From assembly GCA_051294375.1 (NCBI GenBank), contig CM119268.1, positions 17,699,562 through 17,763,495 on the forward strand: DNA of 63,934 bases, read 5' to 3'. This DNA is from Paraspadella gotoi. Its lineage: Eukaryota; Animalia; Chaetognatha. Position numbers and translations under genes: made by a program. Each line of letters starts with the position of its first letter. Within the stretch, counting starts at the first letter, position 1. Of this stretch, positions 28,361 to 42,169 are shown piece by piece. Under the pieces are notes generated by a model. It was given only the letters and a program-made list of their open reading frames with translations. It was not told the origin of the DNA and searched no databases.

Positions 28361-29065
28361 TTCTTTCTTCTTTTCTTACTGTCTGTCTGTTCTGACTGTC
28401 TTTCTTTCTTTCTTTCTGTCTTTCTGTCTTTCTTTATTTCTTTCTTTTTTTCTTTCTTCCTCTTTCTCTTTCATTCATTCATTTTTTCAAACCATTAAAA
28501 CTTTAATGTTTACGCGAGGATTCTCAAAGTTGAGTGACTTGAATCCATAGGAGAGATGAATTTAATCATCATTCATTGAATTAGATTTGACCTTCAATAT
28601 GAATCCGCGCTGTGGTAAACTCTTTTCCCCCACTAGAAAAAAATCCATTATTGACTCACGCTTATTAATCAGTTAGCTTCACAATTATCTTTATTCTTTT
28701 ATACATTATTTTATTTCTCATTTCTTTGTTTTTTACTTACCACTTACTATTTTATATTTGTAATTATCCTATGACTTTATTCTAATATATTCTACTAACT
28801 AATCGTATCCCACTTTTTATCTGATATATTCTTTCTCATAAATTCTGCTTTGTTGAATTTGTTACTATCATCTACATGTAGATATGCTATTAATTATTTT
28901 ATTACTTTTTCCGAATGATATAACTTTTCAACTCTATTCATCCACTTCATAGTTTTCCTTTATTCGTCCAACAAAACATTTGATCTGAATCTTTCTCCTT
29001 TCGTCACCCCTTACCACTCACCCCTCCACCCCTCCACCTCTCCACCCCTTTACCCTCCTCAACAG

Positions 29066-29204
29066 CCTCTTCAGCCTCTACGATGTCCCTCCACTCCAAC
29101 CCCTCTACATCCTCCTCCCCTCGCGGACAATCGGACATGCTTTCCAAAACCAATCTTTACATCCGGGGTCTGCCTGCCAACACCACCGCCAGGACCTCAA
29201 AGTT
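29066..29204 (+). CDS. shep: shep/RBMS exon: start of RRM1 (SSASTMSLHSNPSTSSSPRGQSDMLSKTNLYIRGLPANTT...)
   Basis: Acceptor ...ccctcctcaacag and donor GTGAGT at 29205. Contains RNP2 LYIRGL. The 3' end reads TTARTSKL, or the family-like TTDQDLKL if two compensating 1-nt indels are assumed. Confidence 0.9.
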
Positions 29205-29262
29205 GTGAGTTAGTCTCTTCGTCTTTCTTCTCTCTCTCTCTCTCTTCTTCTCTCTCTCTTCT

Positions 29263-29328
<66 letters not shown>

Positions 29329-29414
29329 CTTAACTCTTTCGGTGTCCGTTTGTCCGACAGTTTTCACAGTAATAAGGCGAGGAATGCGACGCCGAACTCT
29401 ATGAATATTGATGA

Positions 29415-29415
<1 letters not shown>

Positions 29416-29470
<55 letters not shown>
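29416..29470. repeat. (GAC)n microsatellite
   Basis: Direct reading. Similar GAC/GTC runs at 6615-6667, 10680-10790, 43690-43725 and 48371-48404. Confidence 0.95.
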
Positions 29471-31604
29471 TATTTGATATGATAATGACGACTCCGTCCT
29501 GATGACGATGTTTTAATGACTTTCTCTCCGCTGTTTCTTGTCAGTCGGAGCAGAAAAATTTCCTTGTGTTTCTCGTTGGCGAAAGGAGGGGAAAAAAAAT
29601 TAATAAATAGAATAAAAGTGTAAAATAAACCGAACGACCGCGAGAGGAGAGAGAATTATAAAAGATGAGATTAGAAAAAAAAAAAGGAAATAAATGAATA
29701 AAAACTGATGCGAGAAAAGCGATGTTTCTTCATTACACCGCGTAGTTGTCGTCGTTGTTGTTGTTGTTTTTAGCGTCATATTTTATTACCAATTCCCGTT
29801 TCTCTTTTATCTCCGTTGTTGTTGTTGTGGTTTTTCTCCGTTTGTCATNNNNNNNNNNNNNNNNNNNNNNNNNNNAAAAAAAAAATTTTCTACCGACATT
29901 TCATGGTGCGACGTGACGAAGACCAAAGCTTAAGTTTCCGTTTGATATTCGTTTTTAACGTTGGCTGGATTTCTCCATTTCTATTTGTACCTCAAATACT
30001 GTCGCTTGTCATTATCACTGCTGACCAACTTCGGGTGATATTGCGCGCTGGTGATATCGTCACTTGTGATTTTCTCGGCCTGGAATCTCCCCGCGTTTTT
30101 GATCCCCGGGTGACCCGCCCAGACTCACCTGCCGAGGATGATGATGACGATGATGATGAAATCTAGGAGGAGGAAGAGGAGGAGGAGGAGGAGGCGGAAG
30201 AGGATCGGAAGACGTTGATCTCTGATCCAACATTTTTCTCATCGAAGTCGAGAAACCGGGAAAGACTTCCGGGGAAGAAGAGAGGGAGATGAGGTAGGAA
30301 AATAGAAAAGAGAAAGGTGAAGATAGGTTCGAAAAGAGGAGAGGGGTAGAAAGGAGGGACCAAGATGTACGAAAAAGATCGGATAGGGGTAAGAATAAAA
30401 GGGAGAGATGGCATGAAAAAAAAGAAGGTCAGGAGGAATGAAGAAGAGGGAGAAAATAAAATAGAAAAAAAAGAGAGAAAATGTGTTTGAAAAACAGAGA
30501 ATTGGTGAGAGATTGGGAGAAGTGAGACAATAGAAATAAACACAACAAAAGAAAGGCATGGTACAGAGAAATAGATTTAGAAGAGAAATCTCCCTCGATG
30601 GTCGGGTGGGTCAGGATAAATTTAGGGTAAGGGTTAGAGGTGAGGTGGAAAAAATTCTCGCGCTCTTGGGTCGCGATCCAAGTTCCTTCGAGCGCAAGAC
30701 CGACGATTCTAATCCTGGAAAGAGAAATTCCGGTCAAAGCCCCGGAAGAGGAGGCTGGGGTGTTGAGAGTGGGTTGGTGATCAGATGGTGGTTAGTAGGC
30801 GGGTAGGTGGTGGTGAAAAGGTGGTTCGGTGGTGATGAGAAGGAAGTCGAAAAGGTTTTTGGAGATGTGGGCAGAGTGGAGAGAGATTCTCTCTCCGGCC
30901 TTGAGTTTGTTTATCAAATTTAATAATTTCGAATCGACGTCAGAGAAAAAGATAAAGATAAATTTTTACAATTTTAGTCGAAATATTAAATTGTTGTTCA
31001 CTAAAAGTTAAATTGCGTGAAAAGAGGAAGAGCACGTTGTGTCATTCCGCTCTCTTTGCACATGGAACGAGTTGGTTTCTAACAGGAAATGAAACGAAAG
31101 AAAATCTAATTAAAAATAAACATAATTCCTTTTTTTTATTCATTTTTTATTTAACTAAAAAAATAAAAAAAAAACAAAACAAAACGAACTAATCAAAATT
31201 CAAACTTTGAAAATGCCAACTATTTTTACACACAGAAAAATCGGATTTGACTGATGATTTATTTTTAAAAAAACCCTTAATTAATTAATAATGAATCCAT
31301 GTAAAATAAGATAAAAAGCTTGTCAATAACCGTGAGCCGTAAGCAAAGCCTGCACTGTTTTCCATGCTGATTCATTCCCGGTCCGCTTTCGTCCTTGCCT
31401 CCTGAACCCACTGGATTTGCCAGCCTTGGCGTGACTTGCATTGGCGCTGACTGTGGCCGTGACGATAAATGTGGCCAGAGGCGATGAATGTGGCACTGAA
31501 TATTGCGCTGACTCTGAATAAAGTGAATATGGCACCGTCGTCTCCGCGTCTTCTCCGACCGCCTCGGTGGTTCGAATATATTGGGGCTCTCCTCTCTCTC
31601 TCTA

Positions 31605-31665
<61 letters not shown>

Positions 31666-31799
31666 TCTCCTTCTACATTCTCTCTCTCTCTTCTCTCTCT
31701 CTCTCTCTCTGCTCTCTGAATCCTATTGTGGTTTCAGTTTCAAAAGCAAATACGATTGGACGCCATATCGCGTGGCATCAACGCATTCGGCGTCTTGCA

Positions 31800-32792
31800 N
31801 NNNNNNNNNNNNNNNNNNNNNNNNNNNNNNNNNNNNNNNNNNNNNNNNNNNNNNNNNNNNNNNNNNNNNNNNNNNNNNNNNNNNNNNNNNNNNNNNNNNN
31901 NNNNNNNNNNNNNNNNNNNNNNNNNNNNNNNNNNNNNNNNNNNNNNNNNNNNNNNNNNNNNNNNNNNNNNNNNNNNNNNNNNNNNNNNNNNNNNNNNNNN
32001 NNNNNNNNNNNNNNNNNNNNNNNNNNNNNNNNNNNNNNNNNNNNNNNNNNNNNNNNNNNNNNNNNNNNNNNNNNNNNNNNNNNNNNNNNNNNNNNNNNNN
32101 NNNNNNNNNNNNNNNNNNNNNNNNNNNNNNNNNNNNNNNNNNNNNNNNNNNNNNNNNNNNNNNNNNNNNNNNNNNNNNNNNNNNNNNNNNNNNNNNNNNN
32201 NNNNNNNNNNNNNNNNNNNNNNNNNNNNNNNNNNNNNNNNNNNNNNNNNNNNNNNNNNNNNNNNNNNNNNNNNNNNNNNNNNNNNNNNNNNNNNNNNNNN
32301 NNNNNNNNNNNNNNNNNNNNNNNNNNNNNNNNNNNNNNNNNNNNNNNNNNNNNNNNNNNNNNNNNNNNNNNNNNNNNNNNNNNNNNNNNNNNNNNNNNNN
32401 NNNNNNNNNNNNNNNNNNNNNNNNNNNNNNNNNNNNNNNNNNNNNNNNNNNNNNNNNNNNNNNNNNNNNNNNNNNNNNNNNNNNNNNNNNNNNNNNNNNN
32501 NNNNNNNNNNNNNNNNNNNNNNNNNNNNNNNNNNNNNNNNNNNNNNNNNNNNNNNNNNNNNNNNNNNNNNNNNNNNNNNNNNNNNNNNNNNNNNNNNNNN
32601 NNNNNNNNNNNNNNNNNNNNNNNNNNNNNNNNNNNNNNNNNNNNNNNNNNNNNNNNNNNNNNNNNNNNNNNNNNNNNNNNNNNNNNNNNNNNNNNNNNNN
32701 NNNNNNNNNNNNNNNNNNNNNNNNNNNNNNNNNNNNNNNNNNNNNNNNNNNNNNNNNNNNNNNNNNNNNNNNNNNNNNNNNNNNNNNNNNNN
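31800..32792. other. Largest assembly gap (N run)
   Basis: 993 N. Many smaller gaps occur throughout the window. Confidence 1.
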
Positions 32793-32889
32793 GGCGGCGT
32801 CGGAAAGCAATAAAGGATTATAATTGCTTCTGAGATTCTGTTCCAAGATAACCATAAAAGAAGAGAAAGAGTCAACCCAGGATTTTTGA

Positions 32890-33170
32890 GTCGGCTTGCG
32901 CGAGAAAGCAGATTGGCGCTCGTATTGGCGCGCGAGGATAGAGATTGGCGCGTGAGGAGCAAACTTAGCGAGTGAGAAGGGAGATTGGCGTGCGAGGAGG
33001 GATAGTGGCGCGCGAGGAGAAGGATTGCGCGTAAGAAGGGAGAAAGAAAATTTGCCTACGTATTGGCGCGCGAGGAGGGAGAATGGCGTGGAAGAGGAAG
33101 ATTGACTCGCGAGATTTTGAGATTAAGAGCGAGGAGCGGGAGAAAGAGAAAGAAGATTGGCGCGCGAGAG
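32890..33170 (+). repeat. Degenerate ~18-bp tandem repeat (agattggcgcgcgaggag), RLAREE-coding-like
   Basis: Many variants of ttggcgcgcgagga. Local translation gives RLARE-like units interrupted by frameshifts. Confidence 0.7.
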
Positions 33171-33824
33171 TGGATATAAAACCTGACGATAAAGATTGAA
33201 GGTCCATTACGTCATATGATCTGGTTTTCAGGAAAATGAAACGTGATTCTGGGGTCATAAAGGCTTTCTTAATGGATGGTTCTCTAGGGCAATGACCTTT
33301 GCCCTAGCGAAATAAAATTGGTTGGGGCAGGTCGTCTTTCTAAAAGTCATAAAGTACAATAAACTTATCCAAAGAATATGAAAAGTCTGCTAACATACTG
33401 GACTTCGTTTAAGAGCCCCCTAAATTATTCGGTTGGGATCTTGAATAATTGAATAATAAATATATTCGGTAAAATAAAGATGAAGTTTGGAAGAATTGAT
33501 TAAATAAGAAAGTAAGAAGGAAGGAACGTCGGGGATTTACAATGATTAATGCGAACTTACGAATCGCGATTAACTTGTTAATAACGCGTCGAAAATTAAT
33601 TTCGGGATTTAACTCTCGGCTGCGCCATCTGACTTGTTGCTACAGATGGCCTTCTCGGGAAGAAACAAAGAGTCAATTTATAAAAATTCTTTTGCCGGCG
33701 AATTGACGTCGATGCGTCGCGTAAAACCGTCTCCCTCGTATTTGGCGTGGCGCCAACTGTAATGCGGTGACCAGTGAGTCACGTGGAGCGCGCGTGCACC
33801 CTGGCGCGGCGGGACTCTGCGGAA

Positions 33825-33990
33825 CGCGGTATCTGGACGCAGCAGTGGGACGCAGCAATGGGACGCGGTAGCGGGACGCAGTATAAGAAGCATTAGAGGA
33901 CGCAGGAACGGGATGTCGCAGCAAGAAGCAATAGCAAGACGGAGCAGATCAAAGCAGTAGCGGTTGCATTATAAGGACGCAGCACTGGTG
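33825..33990 (+). repeat. Degenerate minisatellite (gggacgcagca)
   Basis: Repeated ggacgc(a/g)g units. Confidence 0.6.
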
Positions 33991-34403
33991 AGCAGCAGCA
34001 GCGTAGCGCGCACAAAGCGGTTAAAATCGGAAAATAGAAAATATCTTTATGGTTATTTTGATCGCAGGAGGAGAAAGAAGGAAAAAAAGAAAGATCTAAA
34101 TCATGAGAAATACTCCCGCTATTTTTAAAAATAGGCTCGGCCTAGAAAAGAGAAACATTTGGACGGAAAATAAAAAAAATTGCAAAAAAATTGCGAAAAC
34201 TTCATCAATTTTCCGAGTTTTTGTCGACGAAGAAGACGACGACGACGACGACGACGACGATTAAGTCGGAGAAATAAAATGAAAATAAGGGGCAAAAATA
34301 AAATCAAAGAAATGAAAGCCATTAAAGGAGAAAAGCTTTACACGACTGTGAAAACTCCTTAGGACAGCAAGCTTCGCCGTTGCACAATTTTAACTCTCTC
34401 TCG

Positions 34404-34468
<65 letters not shown>

Positions 34469-35096
34469 CTCTCTTCTCTCCTCCCCCATCCCCCCTCCTC
34501 TCCTTCCCCACAGCCCGCAATCTCCCACAAATAATATTTCACCGCGGGTAAATAAAAAATGGCCATTCCCTAAATACAAGACGCGTTTCTGAATTCGCGA
34601 GAATCCCACGCAATGTTTTGGCGCACAGAAAAAAAAATGATGGCAGGAGAGAAAATATTTCGTCAAAACATCAACAACTTTACTTCTTTTTTTTTCCCAC
34701 TTTTTTTCTTATTTTTCTACTTATAGTTGTGCGTTATTTTTTGACGTTGTTTTTCTTTCCAAAAAAGGTTACAACCTTTTTGTATCAAAGGGTAAAATGA
34801 ATTAGTTATTTTTTAAGGCTTTTCATTTCTACTAGTGGTTTTATTGATTACGTCATTTTAAATAACTAAGTTTTCATCTTCAAATACACGTTGTTAAATG
34901 TTATGTAAGGGATAAATTATTTCTGATAATAAATCTTTTTTTCATGCAAGCTTATTGTACAGTTTGATTGTAATAAATGAATTTGCTATAGGAATATAAA
35001 GCATGGTCACTGGGAATTGAAATTTCTTCCATGCTTTACGATTGCAGTTATTCCTTCGACGAAAAAACATATGCAACTCTGTGGAGAGCGCGACAG

Positions 35097-35141
<45 letters not shown>

Positions 35142-35778
35142 AAAAGAAAGGGTCTCCTAAAAAAGCCGGTTAAAAAAGGAAACGTTTTGAAAAAAAAAAA
35201 AGATCGTAAAAAAGCGGGGAAGCAAAAATAAAGAAAATGATTTTTTTTTGCCAGAAAATGAACGAGTTTTTCCGGGGATGTTTTTTAGGAGCGGAGGAAA
35301 AAAAAAGAGAATGGTAAGGGTAGAGGGAATGAGAGGGTAAGGAAGAGTCGACGGGTGAGGGCAAAAGGCTGCATGGAATAGAGAAGGTGGGAAATTAGGT
35401 CTTGTTGAGATAACCCACCCGTCGGTCGACCAAAATGGCGGCAATATTGAGGAGCAATGTTGCTTTAGTCTCGCTTCTCTTGAAATGAGCTTCTCAATGG
35501 AGGAAGTTGAGGAATAGTCTTTTAAAAGGTTGAGGGGATGTGGAGGTAATTGGGCAATTGATGTTCAGTTGGAAGATGAATGTACGAAGAAAGTATCTAA
35601 GTATAGGTTGATGTTATTGTGAGAGTGAAATGAAATAGTATATACTGTATTAATTAAATTAATTTAAATTAATTATTGAAAAAATTAAATGGACAACAAA
35701 ATAATGAATGAGTGATCCCACCGAAAAAAATTAAAACACGTGACTTAAAGAAAGAAGAAAAGAGGCAGAGCGGGAGAC

Positions 35779-35886
<108 letters not shown>

Positions 35887-37465
35887 CGCTTGTTTCGACC
35901 CGCAGCGGGAAACCAACCTAATTAAATCCGCGGATAGGAAAAGATGGAGGAAGAAAAAGGAAAAGAAGGAAAGGAAAGGGAAAAAAAAGGAAGATTGAAG
36001 CAGAGGAGGAAGATAAATGACATCTTGACAGCAATAGATAGAAGGGAAGGGGAAAATAAGGCATATCACGAAAACTAGTTCAATTTGAACAATGAACAAT
36101 AATAACGTGAATGAAAGAAGGAGAAATGCGAACGCGAAGAGAAATAGAAAATAGAAAAGAGAAAGGAAAGGAACGAAAAGATAAACTAAGCTCGGGGAAT
36201 TATGAAGAAACATAAGCGAAAGTAAGTAATAGGACGCGAGGAAATAAGAGAAAGTCAAAAGAAGAGAATAAATACGAAAAAAAAAGANNNNNNNNNNACC
36301 AGAAAAAAAAAGTAAAAAAAAGAGGAAATATGAGGATGAGCATCGAAGAGGAAAAGTGGAAGAAAACTGGAAGGACATAAAGCGTTTGAAGCCGGAAGAT
36401 GAAGCCGGAGGAGGACGTCGACGACGACGATGACGACGACGACGATCGTGACGACGATCATGACGGACACGACGACGAAGACGACAACGACGACTGCGAT
36501 GATGATGACGACGACAACGACGGCAACGTTGACCGCTGAAGCTGATGCCGTAAAGACGACAACGACAACAACGACGACAACAATCAGGAGGCGCCATCGA
36601 AAAGGCGCTCAGCTTCGGAATTAAAGGTGACGCCGCCAACTCATCATCCCGGCGTTGGAAATGGCACGAGGGATTTGAATACCATCGGTCCGCTGAATGA
36701 GATTGGTGTTGTCATGGAAACGGAAACTCGAATGTAAATTCGATTGACGGTCTTTTATGCATTAATGGCATTGGCGTCTTTATCCTCGATGGCATATACT
36801 ATCTAAACTATGCGAGTGGCATCGCCGCAGCAAATGGCGCCGGGCTTTCACGGCGTTTTTAGGTCGGTGTCCCCAGAACGGCACTCGGCTGAGGTTGTCG
36901 TCGTCATGGGCGTCGTCGTCGTCGTCGTCATCGTCGCCACTCGCGATTCACGTCACGATCAAAACCACAAAGAGACTTTTTGGTGGATGAATGAAGGTGA
37001 ACAAAAGAACAGGGGACGAATGAACGGTGAGGGAAATGGGGAAGTGAAACCAGAGAAATGATGCTGGGTTAAACATAAGAAGAGCAACGGATAAAACGTC
37101 CGGGTACATTGCCTAAAGCATGATTAATTGTCCACTTTTTATCTTCAGATTTAAACAATATTTTTCACTCTAAATTCAAAACGGACTTTTTCAACGTTTG
37201 ACAAACTGACGGACGGATGAAGGGACGAATCGGAGAATCTGAAGGTCGACGAGTGAAAATCGGTAAAAGGGAGACGAAGACAAAGGAAAACGTGAAAAGG
37301 GATGAAAGTGAGAAAAATAAAAGTCGGTGCTGATGTTGAAAAAGGAAAAAAAAGGGAAAAAAGGAAAGTGACAGATGATGGTAAAAAGGGTCTGGACAAG
37401 CGATCGGTGGAAGCCATCGTCTTCTGCACAGGAGGAAGAAGGAAAGATAAAGAGTCTTGGTTTGA

Positions 37466-37535
37466 GAGAAATGATAAGAGAAATGACAAGAGAAACGACA
37501 AGAGAAATGACAAGAGAAATGACAAGAGAAATGAC
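37466..37535. repeat. 12-bp tandem repeat (gagaaatgacaa)
   Basis: About six near-identical units. Confidence 0.9.
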
Positions 37536-38299
37536 AGAACGCTCGTCTGAAGAAAATACCTCAGATAAATGGAAAAGAGGAAAAAAAAAAGAGATACTAT
37601 AGAAAAAGACAAAGGTAAAAAAAGAAAAGATGTAGATTACTAGATACTGACTGAAGATTTAAGACAGAATACTGTAAAGATGAATACTGAAGGGAGGAAA
37701 ATGTAAGACAGAATACAGTAACTGGTAGAGAAGGAAACTTGGAAACAGGAAAATGATGATTTAGTTTGGGTCAAAGGTGAATCTAGCTCTTAAAAGAAAA
37801 GTTACCGGTAACTGAAAAAAAAAGGAAGAGGAAAATGATAAAGTTGGAGGAAAGAGAAGAGAAGAGAAAGAAAGGAGTCAAGACGCCGGTCGAACCCGGC
37901 CCAGTTCGGACCGAAGGGTGGGACTCCGATCTTCGCGGAAGGAATTCGCAGCTGCGCAGAGAAAAAAAAAACACCACCAAGAAAAGGAAAAAAAAAAGAT
38001 AAGAAGGGAGAAAAAGAAAATAACTACAGTGGGTTACCCGCGGAAGTGAAAGAGAGAAAGATAAAAAAAAAGTTGGTACAGCGGGGACCGGGCACGTGCT
38101 CTGGCGCGCGCGCTCGCGAAGAGAAAAAGAAATGGATTCGCTACGATTTTCCATCTGCGATTCCGAGACGGAGTGGACTCCTCATTAGTCAAAGACTCGA
38201 TACAGATTTGTTTCTCTGTTTTTTTTATCATTGTTTTTCTTCTTTTTTTTGTTTTTGTTTCTTTCTATCTTTATTTCTGTCTTTCTTTCTGCCTACCTG

Positions 38300-38300
<1 letters not shown>

Positions 38301-38393
<93 letters not shown>
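38301..38393. repeat. (CTTT)n microsatellite
   Basis: Direct reading. Confidence 0.95.
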
Positions 38394-38394
<1 letters not shown>

Positions 38395-38518
38395 CTCTCT
38401 CTCCCTCCCATTTTTTTCGATGCGGTTTGTTGTTGGCTGCAACGAAAGCCGCCAGAAGACGATGGAATCCTGGCAGGCGGAAATGGCGCAGAAAAACGAG
38501 AGAGAGAGAAGGAGAGAG

Positions 38519-38590
<72 letters not shown>

Positions 38591-39229
38591 CTAGCAGTTC
38601 GAACGCTTTAAGGCGCCACGTCCGAGATATCAATCGGCGACGGGTACGTTTCTCCTCCTCTCAAAATCCCTTCTCATTCACCCCCCTCGCTCCAGCACAA
38701 TTGCTCCACTCTCTCTTTCTTGCTCTGCTACATTCGCTCCTCCTCTCGCTCCTGTCATGCGACCTCCCCGGTGCTCCCCCTCCCAGTTGCTTCGCCGTCG
38801 ACGTCAAGAACTTTTCTTTTCAAATTCTCGGCTTCAGTCTGAGAAATTCTTTGGTTGTGCCGCCCGTATTTTGTGACATTAGTCAAGAAGCTTCTTTGTA
38901 TTTTTTTGGTAGAGTTTGTTTTAAAGCGATTTGTGAGTTTGTTTGTGTTTTAAAGAAAAATTTTTCATATCGCTGACGTTGCTGTTATTTATGGGTTTTT
39001 TTTTTTTGTTCCAAAAACAATGTAAAACCATTAACCATCGGTTTTGCGGTAGTTTAAATGTTTTTTTGTTGTTTTGTTTTATTTCGGCATTTAAAGATTT
39101 AAGATAAAATTGCGATACTAATTATTTTGTGGTGATGTTTGTGATTTTTTCTTTCATGATGTGTGTGAAATTCGTCCCCTTTGGGTCTTTGGGTCTTTCG
39201 CTTCGTTTCGCTCTTTCGACCTTGTCCGT

Positions 39230-39318
39230 CTTCTCTTCTCTTCTCTTCTCTTCTCTTCTCTTCTCTTCTCTTCTCTTCTCTTCTCTTCTCTTCTCTTCTC
39301 TTCTCTTCTCTTCTCTTC
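39230..39318. repeat. (CTTCT)n microsatellite
   Basis: Direct reading. Confidence 0.95.
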
Positions 39319-40537
39319 CTCGCTTCAACTTCTTATTCTCTTTTTTATTTGTCATTCTTCTCCCCATTTCATATCTCTTTACATTTTTTCTTTAATCCCT
39401 TTTGCTATTTTTCTTTTACTTGCTTCGTTCCCCTCCTTGTTCCGGTTTCTTTTATAATCTTCCTCCTTTTCCCCATGTTTTATCTCTCTCCTTTCCTCCC
39501 TCTCCTCTTCCTCTTCCTCCTCCTCCTTCTCCACCTCCTCTCGGTCCCAATCTAGGTTCTCTAGTTTTATAGCGCAGCCACCGGAACTTACAATTCTCCG
39601 GCGTCGTATGCGCCGGCGGCGTCGGCGGCAACGGCAGAGCTTCGCCTCACAGCTGCCTTCGGATGGCAGCTGCTGTAGTGGATCTCGCCTAGTCGCCGCC
39701 GCTGCTGTGACTGACGCTGCCGGCAATGCAGCAGCCTCGGCGCGCGACCACGTGGTCTCCCGCGTCGCAATGAGNNNNNNNNNNNNNNNNNNNNNNNNNN
39801 NNNNNNNNNNNNNNNNNNNNNNNNNNNNNNNNNNNNNNNNNNNNNNNNNNNNNNNNNNNNNNNNNNNNNNNNNNNNNNNNNNNNNNNNNNNNNNNNNNNN
39901 NNNNNNNNNNNNNNNNNNNNNNNNNNNNNNNNNNTCTCTCTCTCTCTCTGTTTTTCTTCCCTCCGTCGTCTTTTTTCTTTTGATTTCAAAAATTCAATCA
40001 TCTTCTCTTTCGCTTTTCTTTCTTCCACCTTTTTTGTTTTCTGTTTTCTGTTTTCTGTTTTCCTAAGTAAAAAAAATGTCTTCCCTTCTTTTCTCCTTTC
40101 TTTTTCTTAACCAAAGAAAGCAAATTTTCATCGTTCGCTCAGTTTCTTTCTCTTCTTTTCTTTATTTACTCTAAACTCTCTTACCCCCTTTCCTCTTCCT
40201 CAAACCACCCCAACAACTTCTCAACCACCTTCCACCCCCTCCACCTCCACCTTCCTCCATTTCCGGTCTCCCACCCCACAGTTCCACCTTTTCTCAGACA
40301 GAATGTGGGCGTGACGGTTTTTTTTTTCGCAGCTATTTTTACGAAATGACGAAAGACTTTCGCTCGACAGCTGTCGTCATCGTCGTCGTCGTCATCGTCG
40401 TCGTCAATATTATCTTCGGCATCGGCATCTTTGTTCTGGCCTTTGTCCTCATTGCACTCTCTCTACTTGTAAATACTGCATTTGGCCCATCTGATTTCTA
40501 AGACTTGCGGTCAGATCTATTTTCAGACACTTAGACT

Positions 40538-40588
40538 GGGGATTGGGGATTGTGGATTAGGGATTGGGGATTGGGGATTGGGGATTGG
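40538..40588. repeat. 7-bp G-rich tandem repeat (ggggatt)
   Basis: About seven units, several with GGGG runs. Confidence 0.9.
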
Positions 40589-41626
40589 AGACCGAAGAAC
40601 CAGCGGGAATCGTTAACCGCAAACTTGGTCATCGACCCCTCGCCCACTTTATATGCGAGCTTCTGGGTTAGCGACGCAACGGGGTAAAGTGCGAAGCGCG
40701 CCGTGTCGAATGACTAGTTGGCTTCTCTCTCTCTCATCTCTCTCTCTCTCTCTCCATCTCTCTCTCTTCTCTCTCTCTCTCTCTCTCTCTCGCTCTCTCT
40801 CTCTCTGCATTCTCGCCAAGGCCAAGACGACGTAGGACCAGAAGGGCGAGTGTAGGATCAGAGATCAATCAACAATGGCCGAACTTTTAAAGTTACGATC
40901 TACATTGCGGCGACAACGAAAATATATTATAAAATATATAAAGTTTAGGAGAAAAAACAATTTATTTGTTTTTATTGTTTTTTCTCCTAAACTTCAAAAC
41001 GCAACGAAATTGATAGTTTATACACAAAATATATAAAATATAAGTAAAGCAGAAACTCGTTGGCGTTTTGAACCTCCCGTCGGGTCAACACAATTGACCA
41101 ATGACCAAAGTTGACGGCAAAAGCGATTTTGTCAGAAACGTCAGAGTTCAACCAACGAGATTCTTTTGTTGTCGTCGTCATCGTCTTTGCATTGTTGAGT
41201 TTACTGTTGCCGGTGACGTCATAAACGGTGCTTGGTCGTCGTCGTCGTCGTCGTCGTCCTCGCATCTGCGTCGTTCAGTCAGTCATTATCATAATCCCTG
41301 GTGAGACCTTCGTCTCCACGTCGTCGATTCTGTCGTCAACGTCGTTATTATCGTTGACAGAGTCGTCGTCGTCATCGTCTTCGTCGTCGTCGTTTGAGAT
41401 TTTTAGTAGTCGTTTTCCGTGTTTTTCTTTGTTACCTGAAGGCAATAAAAAACACATCGGCGGGAAAAAAATATGGGCTAACCGCCCATTTCTTTATCCA
41501 TTTCTCGGTTCGTTCCTCTGAGAAAAAGGGAGTCTCCCTCTGCTTCTCTCTCTCTCCTTCTCTCCGTTCTCTCTTCTCATCTCTCTCCTCATATCTCTCT
41601 ACATCTTGTCTGGTCTCAACACCTTT

Positions 41627-41661
<35 letters not shown>

Positions 41662-41666
41662 GCTCA

Positions 41667-41697
<31 letters not shown>

Positions 41698-41876
41698 CTG
41701 CTCTCTCTCCCCCTCTCTTCCACTTTCCAACAGCGCACGCGAATCTTCTCATTTTTTCCACATCCATTTTTTAGTTCTTAAAGGTCTTCACCAATTTTTC
41801 GAAGATTATGTCACGCTTGACAAGGATTTCGCTGGGGGCGCAAAAGGAAGATGGGAGAGGAGAGAGAGAGAAGAGG

Positions 41877-41907
<31 letters not shown>

Positions 41908-42138
41908 GAGAGAGAGAAAGCAGAGGGAAAGAAAATGAGATAGCGCATATAACTTAACCTGTTGGAGTTAGAAAATTACCGTAAAAAGATAGCCTGTAAG
42001 AAAGAAAATATTGTTTAAACATTATAATAAAATTTCTTTTCTCTTCAATCTTCTTTCTTCTGTCATTTTCCAACTATTTTTTCTTCAACTTCAACGCTCT
42101 TCTTGTTTCTCTGCTTGCTCTCTTCTCTCTTCATCTCT

Positions 42139-42169
<31 letters not shown>

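Noticed and set aside
31469-32962. 365-454-aa ORFs
   Set aside because: They are open only because they cross the 993-N gap.
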